Source: Cladosporium halotolerans (Eukaryota). From it: a stretch of DNA of 64,000 bases. Both the position numbers and the translations under genes were made by a program. The notes beneath the pieces were generated by a model. The model did not search any database and was not told the DNA's origin. It saw only the letters and a list, made by a program, of their open reading frames with translations. Numbering within the stretch: position 1 is the first letter of the stretch; each line of letters starts with the position of its first letter. Shown piece after piece: positions 15,200 through 25,300 of this stretch. The DNA is taken from the NCBI RefSeq assembly GCF_011745625.1, contig NW_027191483.1:62001-126000 (forward strand), in the 5' to 3' direction.

Positions 15200-16839
15200 T
15201 TAATCTTCCTTGCGGCCGGCGCCCTTACCACTACTACCTTCCCCACTCTTGACCAAGATCGGACTCGGGCTGGTCTCAACCATCCCCTCGCCCTTCTTCC
15301 TGCCCTGAAGATCTTCAGTACCGGCGACGCTGTCATCGTCATCGTCGTCGACAACGAAGCGGTCGCGCTCCTCGTCGCCCTCGGCGTCCGCCTCGTCGCC
15401 GCGAACCTCCTGGTAGCCCTGCCCGCGCTTGCTGTCCTTGATGAAGCTGTCGATGATGTAGTACTGCAGGATGTTCATCAGCAGCGGGAAGATGAACATC
15501 ACGAACGCGATCTGCAGCGCCTCGCTGCCCTCCGTCCAGCGCAGCGCCCAGTCGCCGACCCATGGGAGCCAGGGAAGCAGGGCGAAGAGCAGCCAGACGA
15601 ACAGCTTCATGCACACCAGGCCGATGGTGTAGATCAGCAGCTGCTTGAAGAACCACGGCCAGCGGGGCGGGCTGCCGTAGTTGCCGGAGGAGATGGACTC
15701 CATGGGCTTCGCGAGGGGAGTGCGGAGGAAGATCTTGTGAAGGACCTTGAGGAAGACGAAGAGGACGGGGATGCCGATGGTGGTCTGTGAGTTGTTTGTT
15801 AGAGTCTGATAGTGACTTTGGAAATCGGCACGCAGTATCGACTTACATCAATGGCTAGGTTGAGGAGGTAGAACGAACACGGGTTCGGCTTCCTGCCCTC
15901 CTCGTCCTGCGTCTTGCTGCCAACGTCAGCGACCGTGTTCTCCAAGTCGCCAGCGCCCAGCTCGCTCATCATCAAGTTGATCAGATGCAGGATGACAGCG
16001 CCGGTCACTTGCTTGGCAACGTCGAAGAACCAGACCTTCCACGGACGCTTGGGAGTCTCGCGGAACCTCTTGAAAACCAGAGTGAGCAGAGCCAGCACGC
16101 CGAGAGCTGCCTGGACAAGCAGAGCGAAGGGACCCAGAAGCTTGCACTGGTTCTCCTCCGCCGCTGCTTGATCTTTGGGAGAGGTACCTACGCGGTCCTC
16201 CGAGTTGACCGCACCAGTAGGCACGAGAGCGCCCGCACCGAGAATCGGCCATGCTGGGGTTGCGGGTGCGGTAGCAGTAACGGTCATGACAGTCTCGTGC
16301 GTGGTGAAAACCGACCCGTTGCTCTGGGTCACCGTGGCATTGATAGCCGTCGGAACCGGCACAGGCGACCAAGTGCTGATGCTCTTCTGCTTGTGGCCGT
16401 AGATGGTCAGCATCTCGGTGTCGAAGACCAGCGTCGCGTTCTCCGGAATGTCATCGCCCGAGCCCTTCTCTCCGTATGCCAAATAAGGCGGGATCGTCAG
16501 TGTCCGCCTCTCGCCGGGACACATGTTCATCATTCCCTGGTCCCAGCCCTTGATAACGTGTCCCAGGCCAACCATGAATGTGAACGGCTTCTTCTCGAAT
16601 GTAGTCTCGATGATGTCCTCAGAGCCGAAGACCTTCAGAGCGTAGTTGACCTTGACCGTGTCGCCCTTCGCAGTCGGATGCGAGCAGAAGACATGGTTGG
16701 TGATGTTGACCTGCAACTCGGTCGGAGGCTCATCGGACTCGGTTTCCAGAGCGAGGTCTGGAGTTTCTTGGGCGAGCGCCGGGGTGATGGCGGGCAGCAG
16801 CGCGAGGAGCGCCGCTGGCAGGGCGCGAGAGAACCGCAT
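15200..16839 (-). CDS. Signal peptide + FKBP-type PPIase domain + Thr-rich linker + STIMATE/TMEM110-like (YPL162C-like) multipass membrane domain (525 aa; exons 16839-15847, 15784-15200)
   Basis: MRFSRALPAALLALL signal; PFTFMVGLGHVIKGWDQG...RTLTIPPYLAYG...ATLVFDTE FKBP; CKLLGPFALLVQ, RPWKVWFFDVAKQ, NPCSFYLLNLAID|TTIG, SGNYGSPP, NILQYYIIDSFIK; one GTAAGT...CAG intron at 15846-15785. Confidence 0.85.
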
Positions 16840-17669
16840 CGTTGGCGACTCGTGACACGGGAGGCGCAGAAAGCGAGAAGCGTGTCGCTGACGCCTGGGA
16901 AGTCGGATGCGCTATATACTGCGCGGCACGGAGGAGCCTCGTGGCTCAGACCTCACCCGTGGAGTTGGCGGGCCTTGGCTTCTCGTCTTCCCCTTTATAT
17001 GACGGTTGATATTGTTCGGCGGTGATAGAGGCCTCCAGTCGAATCGCGCGAGGTATCCGTGGGCACCGCAAAACACCAGATGCAATGCGAGTGTGAGAAA
17101 GCAAGATGGAGGAAGTGGGCCTGATGGCGGGCAGTCGGGTAGTCGGATGCCCAGAGAGAGGTCCCTTCGACTTCGCCCCGTGGACCATGGACGGAATCTC
17201 CGCCGCGGTACCATCGTTTGCCTGAAACGTCCAGGCTGCCAACTTCGCCCAGCGTCTCTCAGGCCATTTCCATCGGCGTAATAGCTATATGGTGACATCT
17301 TCAGAAGCGTGATATGCCACACTGTATGGTTCTAGTTCTCTGATACTTGCAATTTTGCGTGGTCAATCTAAAGCTCTGCAAGAGACTTGCCCTAACCCTA
17401 ACCCTATCAACACCGACGAAAGAGGTCTTCCAACTTTGAACCATCAACAACAGATTTCCGGCGTTACTGCTTGTGAATAGAATGGATTAGGAATTCAAAT
17501 CTTGAAGTTAGATCGGTGACTCCACCGAGAAAATGGAGCGCTGCTCCGGTAATGCTCACAGAAGCTGCTTCACATTCAAGTTTGAGATGTCGCAACAAAA
17601 CTGACGTCCTTAATGCGCCTTCGCGCAAAGGGAATGCAAGTGCATGTCAGATCATTCATTTATCCCGAC

Positions 17670-20600
17670 TTATTTCCTCTCCGCTCTAGCAAACATCGCC
17701 TCAAACAACTCCATCCACCTGCCCAGTTTCCCACCCAATTCGCGTCCCGGGTATCTAAGCAGCCTTCCCAGCACCTCTCTAGACCTTGCCCTCAAGACCT
17801 TCAAGACAGCCATGGTCTTCCAGTCCTTAACCTTGACCCTCACCCTGTTGCCGTCGATAACAATAACGCCAGCATACATATGGAACACCGCATCGCCAGC
17901 CAGCAGGACCAGCGCGAAATCCGACACAGGGCTCGTCTCCTGCGCGTTGGTGAATCGCGAGGACGACTGCATGATGCTGTAGAAAGAAAGGTACTTCACA
18001 TTCGTATCCAGCGATGTCTTGTTGACGGACGTCGGGTGGAGGCCGAGCGTCTGGTTGTTGGCGATGTTGCGCCAGCCTTTGCCCTCGCGCTTGCCGATCT
18101 TGGGGTAGAACGACCAGGCGACGACCGAGTTGGCGATGTCGTCGTTCGCGTCCGCGCGCGAGGAAGATGCGGGCAGGGCGACGAATTGGCGCTGGCGCTG
18201 GTTGTAGCGCATTTTCGAGAGGGCCTGGCGCTCCTCAGGCCCGAGAGTCACGAAGCCGGCGTCGCTGAGGGAGATAAGCAGCTGGCTCTTGAGGTCTTCG
18301 ATATTGGCGAGGTTCTGCGCGCTGAGGAAGTTCTTGTTGCAGAAGCTGAACTCGGACATGCCGGGCGTGGTGCAGATTTTGCGCCAGGTGACATATGCGT
18401 TGTATGCGGTCAGCAGATCGGAGTCGCCGCGCTTGAAACCCAGGCGCACCGTGTCGGCTTGCTTCTTTGCGTGCATGGGGCTCAGGAATGGCGACTTCGA
18501 GGACAGCGTGGCTGCTACTGTGAGTGCGAAATCGAGACAGCCATAGATGCTGCCGTACAGGATGAGCTTGCCGAGTTGGGCGTCCAAAGGCAATTTAGCA
18601 AGCTGCTGACCCAGAGGCGTGAGCTCTTCTCTCGCGGTCAAGGCATCCACTTCAATCAGCGCGTCGATCGCACGACGGATGTTGCGGCTCGACGGCGGGT
18701 CGAGGGCCTGTGAAAGAGTGCCCTCAATGTCTCCAAGCTTGCAAATCTTGACCCTCATGACCAGGTCTTGCAGAGACAGACGGAGCATCTCAGGCGTCTG
18801 GGCCTCGGCCATCATCTCATCGAAGCGATACTTGGTGAAAAGATGGAAGCAAATACCCTCCTGCACACGACCTGCACGACCGCGACGTTGCTTTGCGTTG
18901 GCTCGTGCGATGAAAGACTGGATCAGTCGGGACATCTGTCGGCGCTCATCGAAACGCATCTCCTTGTGTTTGCCAGTATCGATCACGCAGGTCACATCAG
19001 GGATAGTGATACCAGTCTCGGCAATATTTGTAGCAAGCACAATTTTCCTGACACCTTGCGGTGGAATTTCGAACGCTGCCTGCTGGTCTTCGCTGGAGAA
19101 AGTCGAATGCAGAGGGTGGATGCGCCACCCTTTCAGGAAAGATGGATGGCCTTGGAGCATGTCGTTGAGTTGTCTGATTTCTGCAATACCGGGAAGGAAG
19201 ACTAGCACAGCCTTACTGTACCGCTCGTAGTCCCTCGCGTACGCAACCTTCTCGAGGAGCTTGACGATGAGACTGAAGTCAATGCGGTACTCATCGTAAG
19301 ATGCCAGGGTGTTTCTGGTGCGTTTGCTGTAGGCTGCGAGTTGCTGCGCGTCTTTCGGCTTACTTTGTCCCTCTGCTTCGGCCTCATCGTCCTCCTCACC
19401 CCCAGGCGTCTGCGCTTGCGCATCTTCATTGGTGTGGCCAGTGAGCTCGATGGCGTCTTCGAGGAACTTGGCCTCCACGGGAAAGGTGCGACCAGGTACA
19501 GAAATGATGGGTGCATTGTCAAGGTAGCTAGAGAAACGCTGGGCGTCGACTGTGGCACTCATGAGAACCACCTTGAGGTCTGGGCGTGCAAGTAAAAGTG
19601 TCCGCAACACGATCAGCAAGAAGTCGCTGTCAATGCTACGTTCGTGCACCTCATCGAGGACCAAGTGGGTGATCTCGTTGAGGCCGTCTGAGCGCTCCAA
19701 CATACGCAACACAATTCCAACGGTGGCGTATACCAGGCGTGTGCTTGCTGTGGTTTGAGACTCGAGTCGGATGGCGTAACCAATAAGCGACCGCGATGTA
19801 CCGACGTCGCCCTTCCGCTCACCCATCTCTTCACTTACACGCTGGGCAAGAGAGATGGCTGAGATTCGCCGAGGCTCAGTACAGTAAATTTTGCAATGTC
19901 TCCCCTGAGAGAGCTCGTTCTCGAGAATGAAAGCCGGTAATTGTGTACTTTTACCGCAACCTGTTTCACCACACAAGATTGTGATCTGATTTTTCTCAAT
20001 GGTCTCGATGGCTTCAGCTCGGAATCGGAACATTGGCAAATTCATTCGGGCCTGCAACATTTTCTGATATGCTGGAGCCATTTGCTTCTGAGACCACATC
20101 TCCTGGAGTGCTTGCGAGGGTTCGCCGTTCCCTTGCTTCTGGACTTCCTGTCGGGAAGATGGTGTAGATGTACCGCTTGCGGCTCCGTTAAGCCTCCTGG
20201 CTGGATTGTAAACGATCTCGTCATCATCTTCTTCCACCTCTGCTTGAGCATGCTGATCGATGGTTTTTCGGAGCTCTTTCACAAGCTCGCGATCCGCCGC
20301 ATCGACGTTATCACGCTTGAGCTTCGCGAATTCGTCCCATAAGTTTCTGAATGTGGGCGGTAGACGCAGATGCGCTTTTTCTTCCTTAGGGGAGCCTGAG
20401 AATATGAGATGGAGTGCAGCAGTCGCGACATATGCCTCACTCTGGGCAGTTTCGGGAGTTGCTTCTTTCATCATCGTGATCACGGTCCGCGTAGGCCCTG
20501 CATCGACGTTGAGTGCTTGCATGTAAGCGCCGTCCACTGGCTCTGGATCCTTTGACCATTGAATGGTCAGAGAGTGCCGGCTTGCGAATGTGGTCGGAGA

Positions 20601-22079
20601 GACGAGCTTGTATGTAAGCTTGACCCGGGAGTCTCGAGCCTTGCACGCCTCCTCAAGCACGCGCTTGGGACTCATCCCGGTCATTCTGCCAAAATCTCTG
20701 ACCAGAACGTTTTGACTGGGAATCACACCTGCAGAAGAGTCTCCCGAAGGCGCGGTATCTTCGCCATTCAAAGCGCCAAACATGCCACCAAGCATATCAT
20801 CATCGCCCATAGCCTCTGCCTCTTTCAGCAACTCTTGACCAAGCCTTTCTGCCTCGTCGTTGATATCGCCACTTTGTACCTCGTCTGGCTTCTTCGAATC
20901 GGATGGCGTAGTCTCTTGACTTTTGCTCTCTTCCTCTTTTTGCAGCTGCCATTTCCGGCGCTCGGCATGTTCTCGCGTCAAGCCGATCTTTTTCTCCGCC
21001 CACTGTGCCTCGCCCTCACGTTTATCAAAAAGTACGTCAGATTCGATTCTTTGAACTCTGTCTTGAAGCTTCTTCTGTCCACGTCCCACAACGGGATTTG
21101 CTGCGGATTGACCCTTTTGACCCCTGCCCTGTTTCTTCTTTGACGACGCTCCTCCTTCAGCCTCGGGGTCGATATCGAAAAGTCTAGCTTTCGTCCTCAG
21201 GTAGACCGACAGCAGCTCGTCGGGCTCAAGATCGCTCTCAATATCGCTGACGTCAATGCCGTCATCGTTTGACTGCTCAGTGGTTGCTGTGGGCTCGGGT
21301 TGGGGCTTCTTCCATTTTGGTGCATTCTTGGTCGTGTCTTTGGAATCGATATCGTCGTCCACGGGATCGGAGCTAGACGCGATAGCTTTGGGCTTTTCGT
21401 AATCGTAGTCGTTCAACTCGGCATTACTACAGTTCCAGGAAAGCCATTCCAAGGCTTCAGGGAGACCCCATGGTTGGCCAGAGGCGTCTTCCGACGGTGG
21501 GTTTGATAGAATATGGGCAATCACCTCGTCTATTCGCTCGATAGGAATCTCGAGACCAAGGAGGCACAGGCGTAGCTGCCAAACTTTTGACAAGAGTTCG
21601 TCGCCTTTTGGCAATACGCGTTTCGCCACAGGCGGCGGTTCATTTCTGCTTTGCAAGGCGTACTCTACAATTTGCTGCATTAATTCTTCGGGAAGCCAGT
21701 CCCGTACAGACATGTAGTCCGACTGTCCTCGGAACAATCGCTTGTCTGTTTGCATTCGTGATACATGGCGCGAAGATTCTTTTCGGACTTTGCTAGCATA
21801 TTGCTCGACAAATTGTTGAAGCTCAGATGCCTCAAGTTGCGCCTCGAGTTCCTCAGGGCTGAGCTCGTGGAGTTCGCGATCGGCACCAGTACCTGTCGTA
21901 TTTGTCGAATTCTCATCTTTCACTGCTGGTGTCGTGGCCTTCGTATCGGGTGTGTTGACTCCAGAGGGTTCGACGCTGCTGGCATCCTCTGGCTTCTCAG
22001 GCTTTGGTTTCGAGGCAACAGACGTAGTAGCAAAGCCTCGTGCTGGATTGGCGGCCGGCTTTTTCTTTTTGCCAGCCAT
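17670..22079 (-). CDS. DEAH-box ATP-dependent RNA helicase, DHX29/DHX57-like (1469 aa)
   Basis: GETGCGKSTQ, PRRISAIS, DEVHER, MSAT, ATNIAETGITIPDV, QRRGRAGRV, HA2 and OB-like C-terminus; long N-terminal extension with a UBA-like ALEWL. Confidence 0.92.
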   Translation of the reverse strand: MAGKKKKPAANPARGFATTSVASKPKPEKPEDASSVEPSGVNTPDTKATTPAVKDENSTNTTGTGADRELHELSPEELEAQLEASELQQFVEQYASKVRKESSRHVSRMQTDKRLFRGQSDYMSVRDWLPEELMQQIVEYALQSRNEPPPVAKRVLPKGDELLSKVWQLRLCLLGLEIPIERIDEVIAHILSNPPSEDASGQPWGLPEALEWLSWNCSNAELNDYDYEKPKAIASSSDPVDDDIDSKDTTKNAPKWKKPQPEPTATTEQSNDDGIDVSDIESDLEPDELLSVYLRTKARLFDIDPEAEGGASSKKKQGRGQKGQSAANPVVGRGQKKLQDRVQRIESDVLFDKREGEAQWAEKKIGLTREHAERRKWQLQKEEESKSQETTPSDSKKPDEVQSGDINDEAERLGQELLKEAEAMGDDDMLGGMFGALNGEDTAPSGDSSAGVIPSQNVLVRDFGRMTGMSPKRVLEEACKARDSRVKLTYKLVSPTTFASRHSLTIQWSKDPEPVDGAYMQALNVDAGPTRTVITMMKEATPETAQSEAYVATAALHLIFSGSPKEEKAHLRLPPTFRNLWDEFAKLKRDNVDAADRELVKELRKTIDQHAQAEVEEDDDEIVYNPARRLNGAASGTSTPSSRQEVQKQGNGEPSQALQEMWSQKQMAPAYQKMLQARMNLPMFRFRAEAIETIEKNQITILCGETGCGKSTQLPAFILENELSQGRHCKIYCTEPRRISAISLAQRVSEEMGERKGDVGTSRSLIGYAIRLESQTTASTRLVYATVGIVLRMLERSDGLNEITHLVLDEVHERSIDSDFLLIVLRTLLLARPDLKVVLMSATVDAQRFSSYLDNAPIISVPGRTFPVEAKFLEDAIELTGHTNEDAQAQTPGGEEDDEAEAEGQSKPKDAQQLAAYSKRTRNTLASYDEYRIDFSLIVKLLEKVAYARDYERYSKAVLVFLPGIAEIRQLNDMLQGHPSFLKGWRIHPLHSTFSSEDQQAAFEIPPQGVRKIVLATNIAETGITIPDVTCVIDTGKHKEMRFDERRQMSRLIQSFIARANAKQRRGRAGRVQEGICFHLFTKYRFDEMMAEAQTPEMLRLSLQDLVMRVKICKLGDIEGTLSQALDPPSSRNIRRAIDALIEVDALTAREELTPLGQQLAKLPLDAQLGKLILYGSIYGCLDFALTVAATLSSKSPFLSPMHAKKQADTVRLGFKRGDSDLLTAYNAYVTWRKICTTPGMSEFSFCNKNFLSAQNLANIEDLKSQLLISLSDAGFVTLGPEERQALSKMRYNQRQRQFVALPASSSRADANDDIANSVVAWSFYPKIGKREGKGWRNIANNQTLGLHPTSVNKTSLDTNVKYLSFYSIMQSSSRFTNAQETSPVSDFALVLLAGDAVFHMYAGVIVIDGNRVRVKVKDWKTMAVLKVLRARSREVLGRLLRYPGRELGGKLGRWMELFEAMFARAERK

Positions 22080-22369
22080 ATCTGTTGTTAAATAAACGCT
22101 GTGCGATAGATTGGTGGTGTTGACAACGTCAAAAGTTGCCCCTCCATTGGGGTCCTCAACTGAGCGTCCAAACGATCAATTTTCCCGCGTGACGTCGGCG
22201 CTGGCGTCTCGCTCACTGTGACTGATGCGCGCGCGACACTTGCCCGCTTCGGGGCCCACAAAGATCAGATCGAAGTCAACTCCACAGAAGTTCGGCCTGG
22301 CTGCAACGTTTTCCATATCTCACCCAAGACCGCAGTCCATATACCCTTTGCGGCCAATTTGTTTGCAGA
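22080..22369. promoter_or_regulatory. 290-bp bidirectional promoter between the helicase and GCN1
   Basis: Divergent ATGs at 22079(-) and 22370(+); CRE-like GTGACGTC near 22189 and TGACTGA at 22219-22225. Confidence 0.6.
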
Positions 22370-25300
22370 ATGGCCGAGGAGACGGCAGTCAACGGCGATG
22401 CCCAGGCGCTGGACCTGGGCGCGCTGCGCAAGGTACTGCTGTCGAACTCGACCAAGCAAAGGACTTCGGAGCTCCACCAGCTGAACGACAAGCTCGTAGG
22501 CCAAGGTAGGTAAGGCTCTATGTGTTTTGAGCAGATGCTCTTCTAGAGTAGTGCTGACTTAACTGTAGGTGGTGTAGGCTCTCAGCTTCCTTCTGTCCTT
22601 AGCATTCTTTTCGATACATACCCTCTCTACGTCGACACGAGATCACGGCAGGCCGTCGAGCTTTGCCTGAGCTCAATAGCGAAATCGCCCGAGAACAAAG
22701 ATGTCACTTCGGCTTTCGCGACCTTGGTGGAACAAGAGGCGGCGAAGGCAAGCATAGCACCGGCGAACGCATTCGTGCTTGTACGATGGATCTCGCAGTT
22801 GCTGCAGGACTCGGCTGGTGATAAAAGCCTTTGGGATGCTTTTGGGAAAAAGCTCGTGGTTGCTCTCACAAATGCGCTGAACAACTTGCTCTCATCCGGG
22901 CCCAAGGATAGTACCCGTGCCACAGCGGTGAGAGTCAGTAGGCGCGCATTCCGCGCCGTCTTCAAGGGCCAGTTTGGGGACGATGCGATCAATGAATGCG
23001 TAACTGCGCTTTCTACCAAGGCAGCGACTCCCACGCCGAAGAATGCGATTACTCTCGGAATTGTCGCAGGAGTGAGCAAGCGTATTCCAAATAGGAGTGC
23101 GACCCTCGAATCGCGGAAGCAAGACTACATCGCTTTCTATTTGCGAGAGTTCTTGGGCTCCAAGGTCCACCTGCCACAATACCTGGCGATGAGCCTCAAG
23201 GACTTCTTCGGATCGTACCTCACGCTCGAAGATGTTCGCAAAGACATTGTGCCATCAATGGAAAAGTCTCTTTTGCGTGCGCCGGAGGTTGTTCTCAACG
23301 ATCTTGTCGCGCCCATGTTCGCTTCGCTACCGGCCGAATTCGATCTTTCCGAGATCCTGTCTTCAAACCTCCTGAAACCCCTTCTATCTAACATCAAGTC
23401 AAGCAACCCCACCACTCGGAACGGAGCCGTCCACACATTCACGGTCATAGCCAAACGTTGCGATGACGAGAAGCTCGTTGAAAAGGTGGCGGACGAGATT
23501 TTGACCCCTCTGAAGACCAACAAGGTCCCGGCTGCTGACCAGAAGGTGATACACGCTCAAATGCTTTCCGCACTCAACCCAAATGCGCAGTTGGCTTCGA
23601 AGATTCCTCAAGGTTTGGTCGCTGTCACCAGCAAAGAGACAAACGAAGTCGCGGCATCTGCAGAGATGAACGCGATTGTCAAAGCTGTTATCTACGCTTT
23701 GCAGAAGGACTTAATCGTCGACAAGACTGTTATCGATGCCTTTGCTAAAGGACTTGCGGAGAAGCGTCTGCCGCTGAGGCGCACCTGGACCCTCGGCCTT
23801 GCTACAATAATGTGGTCTCTCACAGAGGAGGATCTCTCGAAGGAGAACGTGGCCGTACTTTTTGATGCTTGCGCCGGCAAGCTTGTTGACGCCTTCAACG
23901 AAGTTGCCGCAAACCCTTCTCAAGCTGCACAGAACGGTCAAGTATCCGTGGCTTGCGTTGCAACGGCACTATGCGTATCGAAGGCTCCGATCATGTCCGC
24001 TTCGCAGAGCAAGAGTGTTCTTCAGAAAGCGTCGATCGCCGAGAAGGCCCTTACTCTAGAACCGAAGCCCTCGTTCTTGCTCACTTCTCGAGTCTACTCA
24101 AAGATGACAACAGAAGAAGACCTCGTCTGGCTTGTACGAGCTCTGGCTGCTGTGCTCCCCAAGCTGCCCAAGTCGGATGAAGCTCTGAAGGTGCGCAATG
24201 CATGGGCACAGACGCTGCTTTTCGTATTCTCTGCCACCGGAATGCCACCAAAGGTCAAGACGGAAGCCACCGTGACTTTGCAAACCCTCTATGCAGCCGA
24301 TGCAGCTTTCACATCTCAAGTGCTGATCGATGGCATATGGCAGTGGTGCGAGGATGTGGAGTCCGATGCGAAGGAGAGTGCAGCATTGGCTGCAAAGAGC
24401 GGCCGCGAAGAGCTTTTCAAGGCTGTCCGCGCGATCTGTCTCGACTCTGAAAGTGCAGCTCGACTGAACGCCCAGATTGAGAAAGAGACGATAGAAACGC
24501 AGATGACCAAGCTGCTCGTGCTCTGCAGGCCACAGCTTCTTCCACGCACCTCGTGGATCGAGTTATGCCTGAAGACCGGCACTGACCCTGGCGGTCTCGC
24601 GAGCAAGGCCCCTGAAGATTGCCTTTCCAACGTCCTAGCTGTTACCGAAAACTCACAGTGGAGGTCGCTCCCCAACTTCCAAGCAGCTGCGTTCAGTGCT
24701 ATGGCTGAGCTTGCTTTCGTTGCGCCCGAAGTGATGACTCCGCTCATCGTCTCGCAGATCAGCCTTGACCTCGACTCCACGCAGCTTCAAGACATCGGAC
24801 CCACAGAAGCCGCAATCTACAGGACACCCGAAGGTACCGCTTTTGTGGATGTCCTCTCAAAGCAGCAAAGCTCTCAAGTCATCAGCAAGAACTCCAAGGA
24901 CTATGATACGCTCAAGTGGGAGGAGGAGCTTAGGGCGACACTGGCTCAGAAGAAGGGTCAAGCGAAGAAGCTTACGCCGGAGGAGCAGACCAAGGTCAAT
25001 GCGCAGCTTGCAAAGGAAGCCGAAATCCGCAGGAACGTTACTGCAATCGACATCAAGCTCCGCCGCGGCATTGGAATTATTCACGCCCTAGCTGTCGGCC
25101 CGCCTACTGCAGCTGAGGCCTGGTTTGGCCCGTCGGTGAAGCTACTCTTCGATGCCATCCAAGCAGGTGCCGGACTCATCTTGGGTGACGCCGCGGCGCT
25201 CGGCTACTTGAGTTGCGCCGACAGAACATCGAACAGACTGGGAGCTTTGCGACCTTTCGTCGGTGTTGCTACTCTCCGTGCTGCTGGCGTAACAATTCTG

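Noticed and set aside
12798..15252. ORFs of 100-212 aa between the GPCR and the FKBP fusion
   Set aside because: No codon bias, splice support or recognisable domain; probably promoter/UTR
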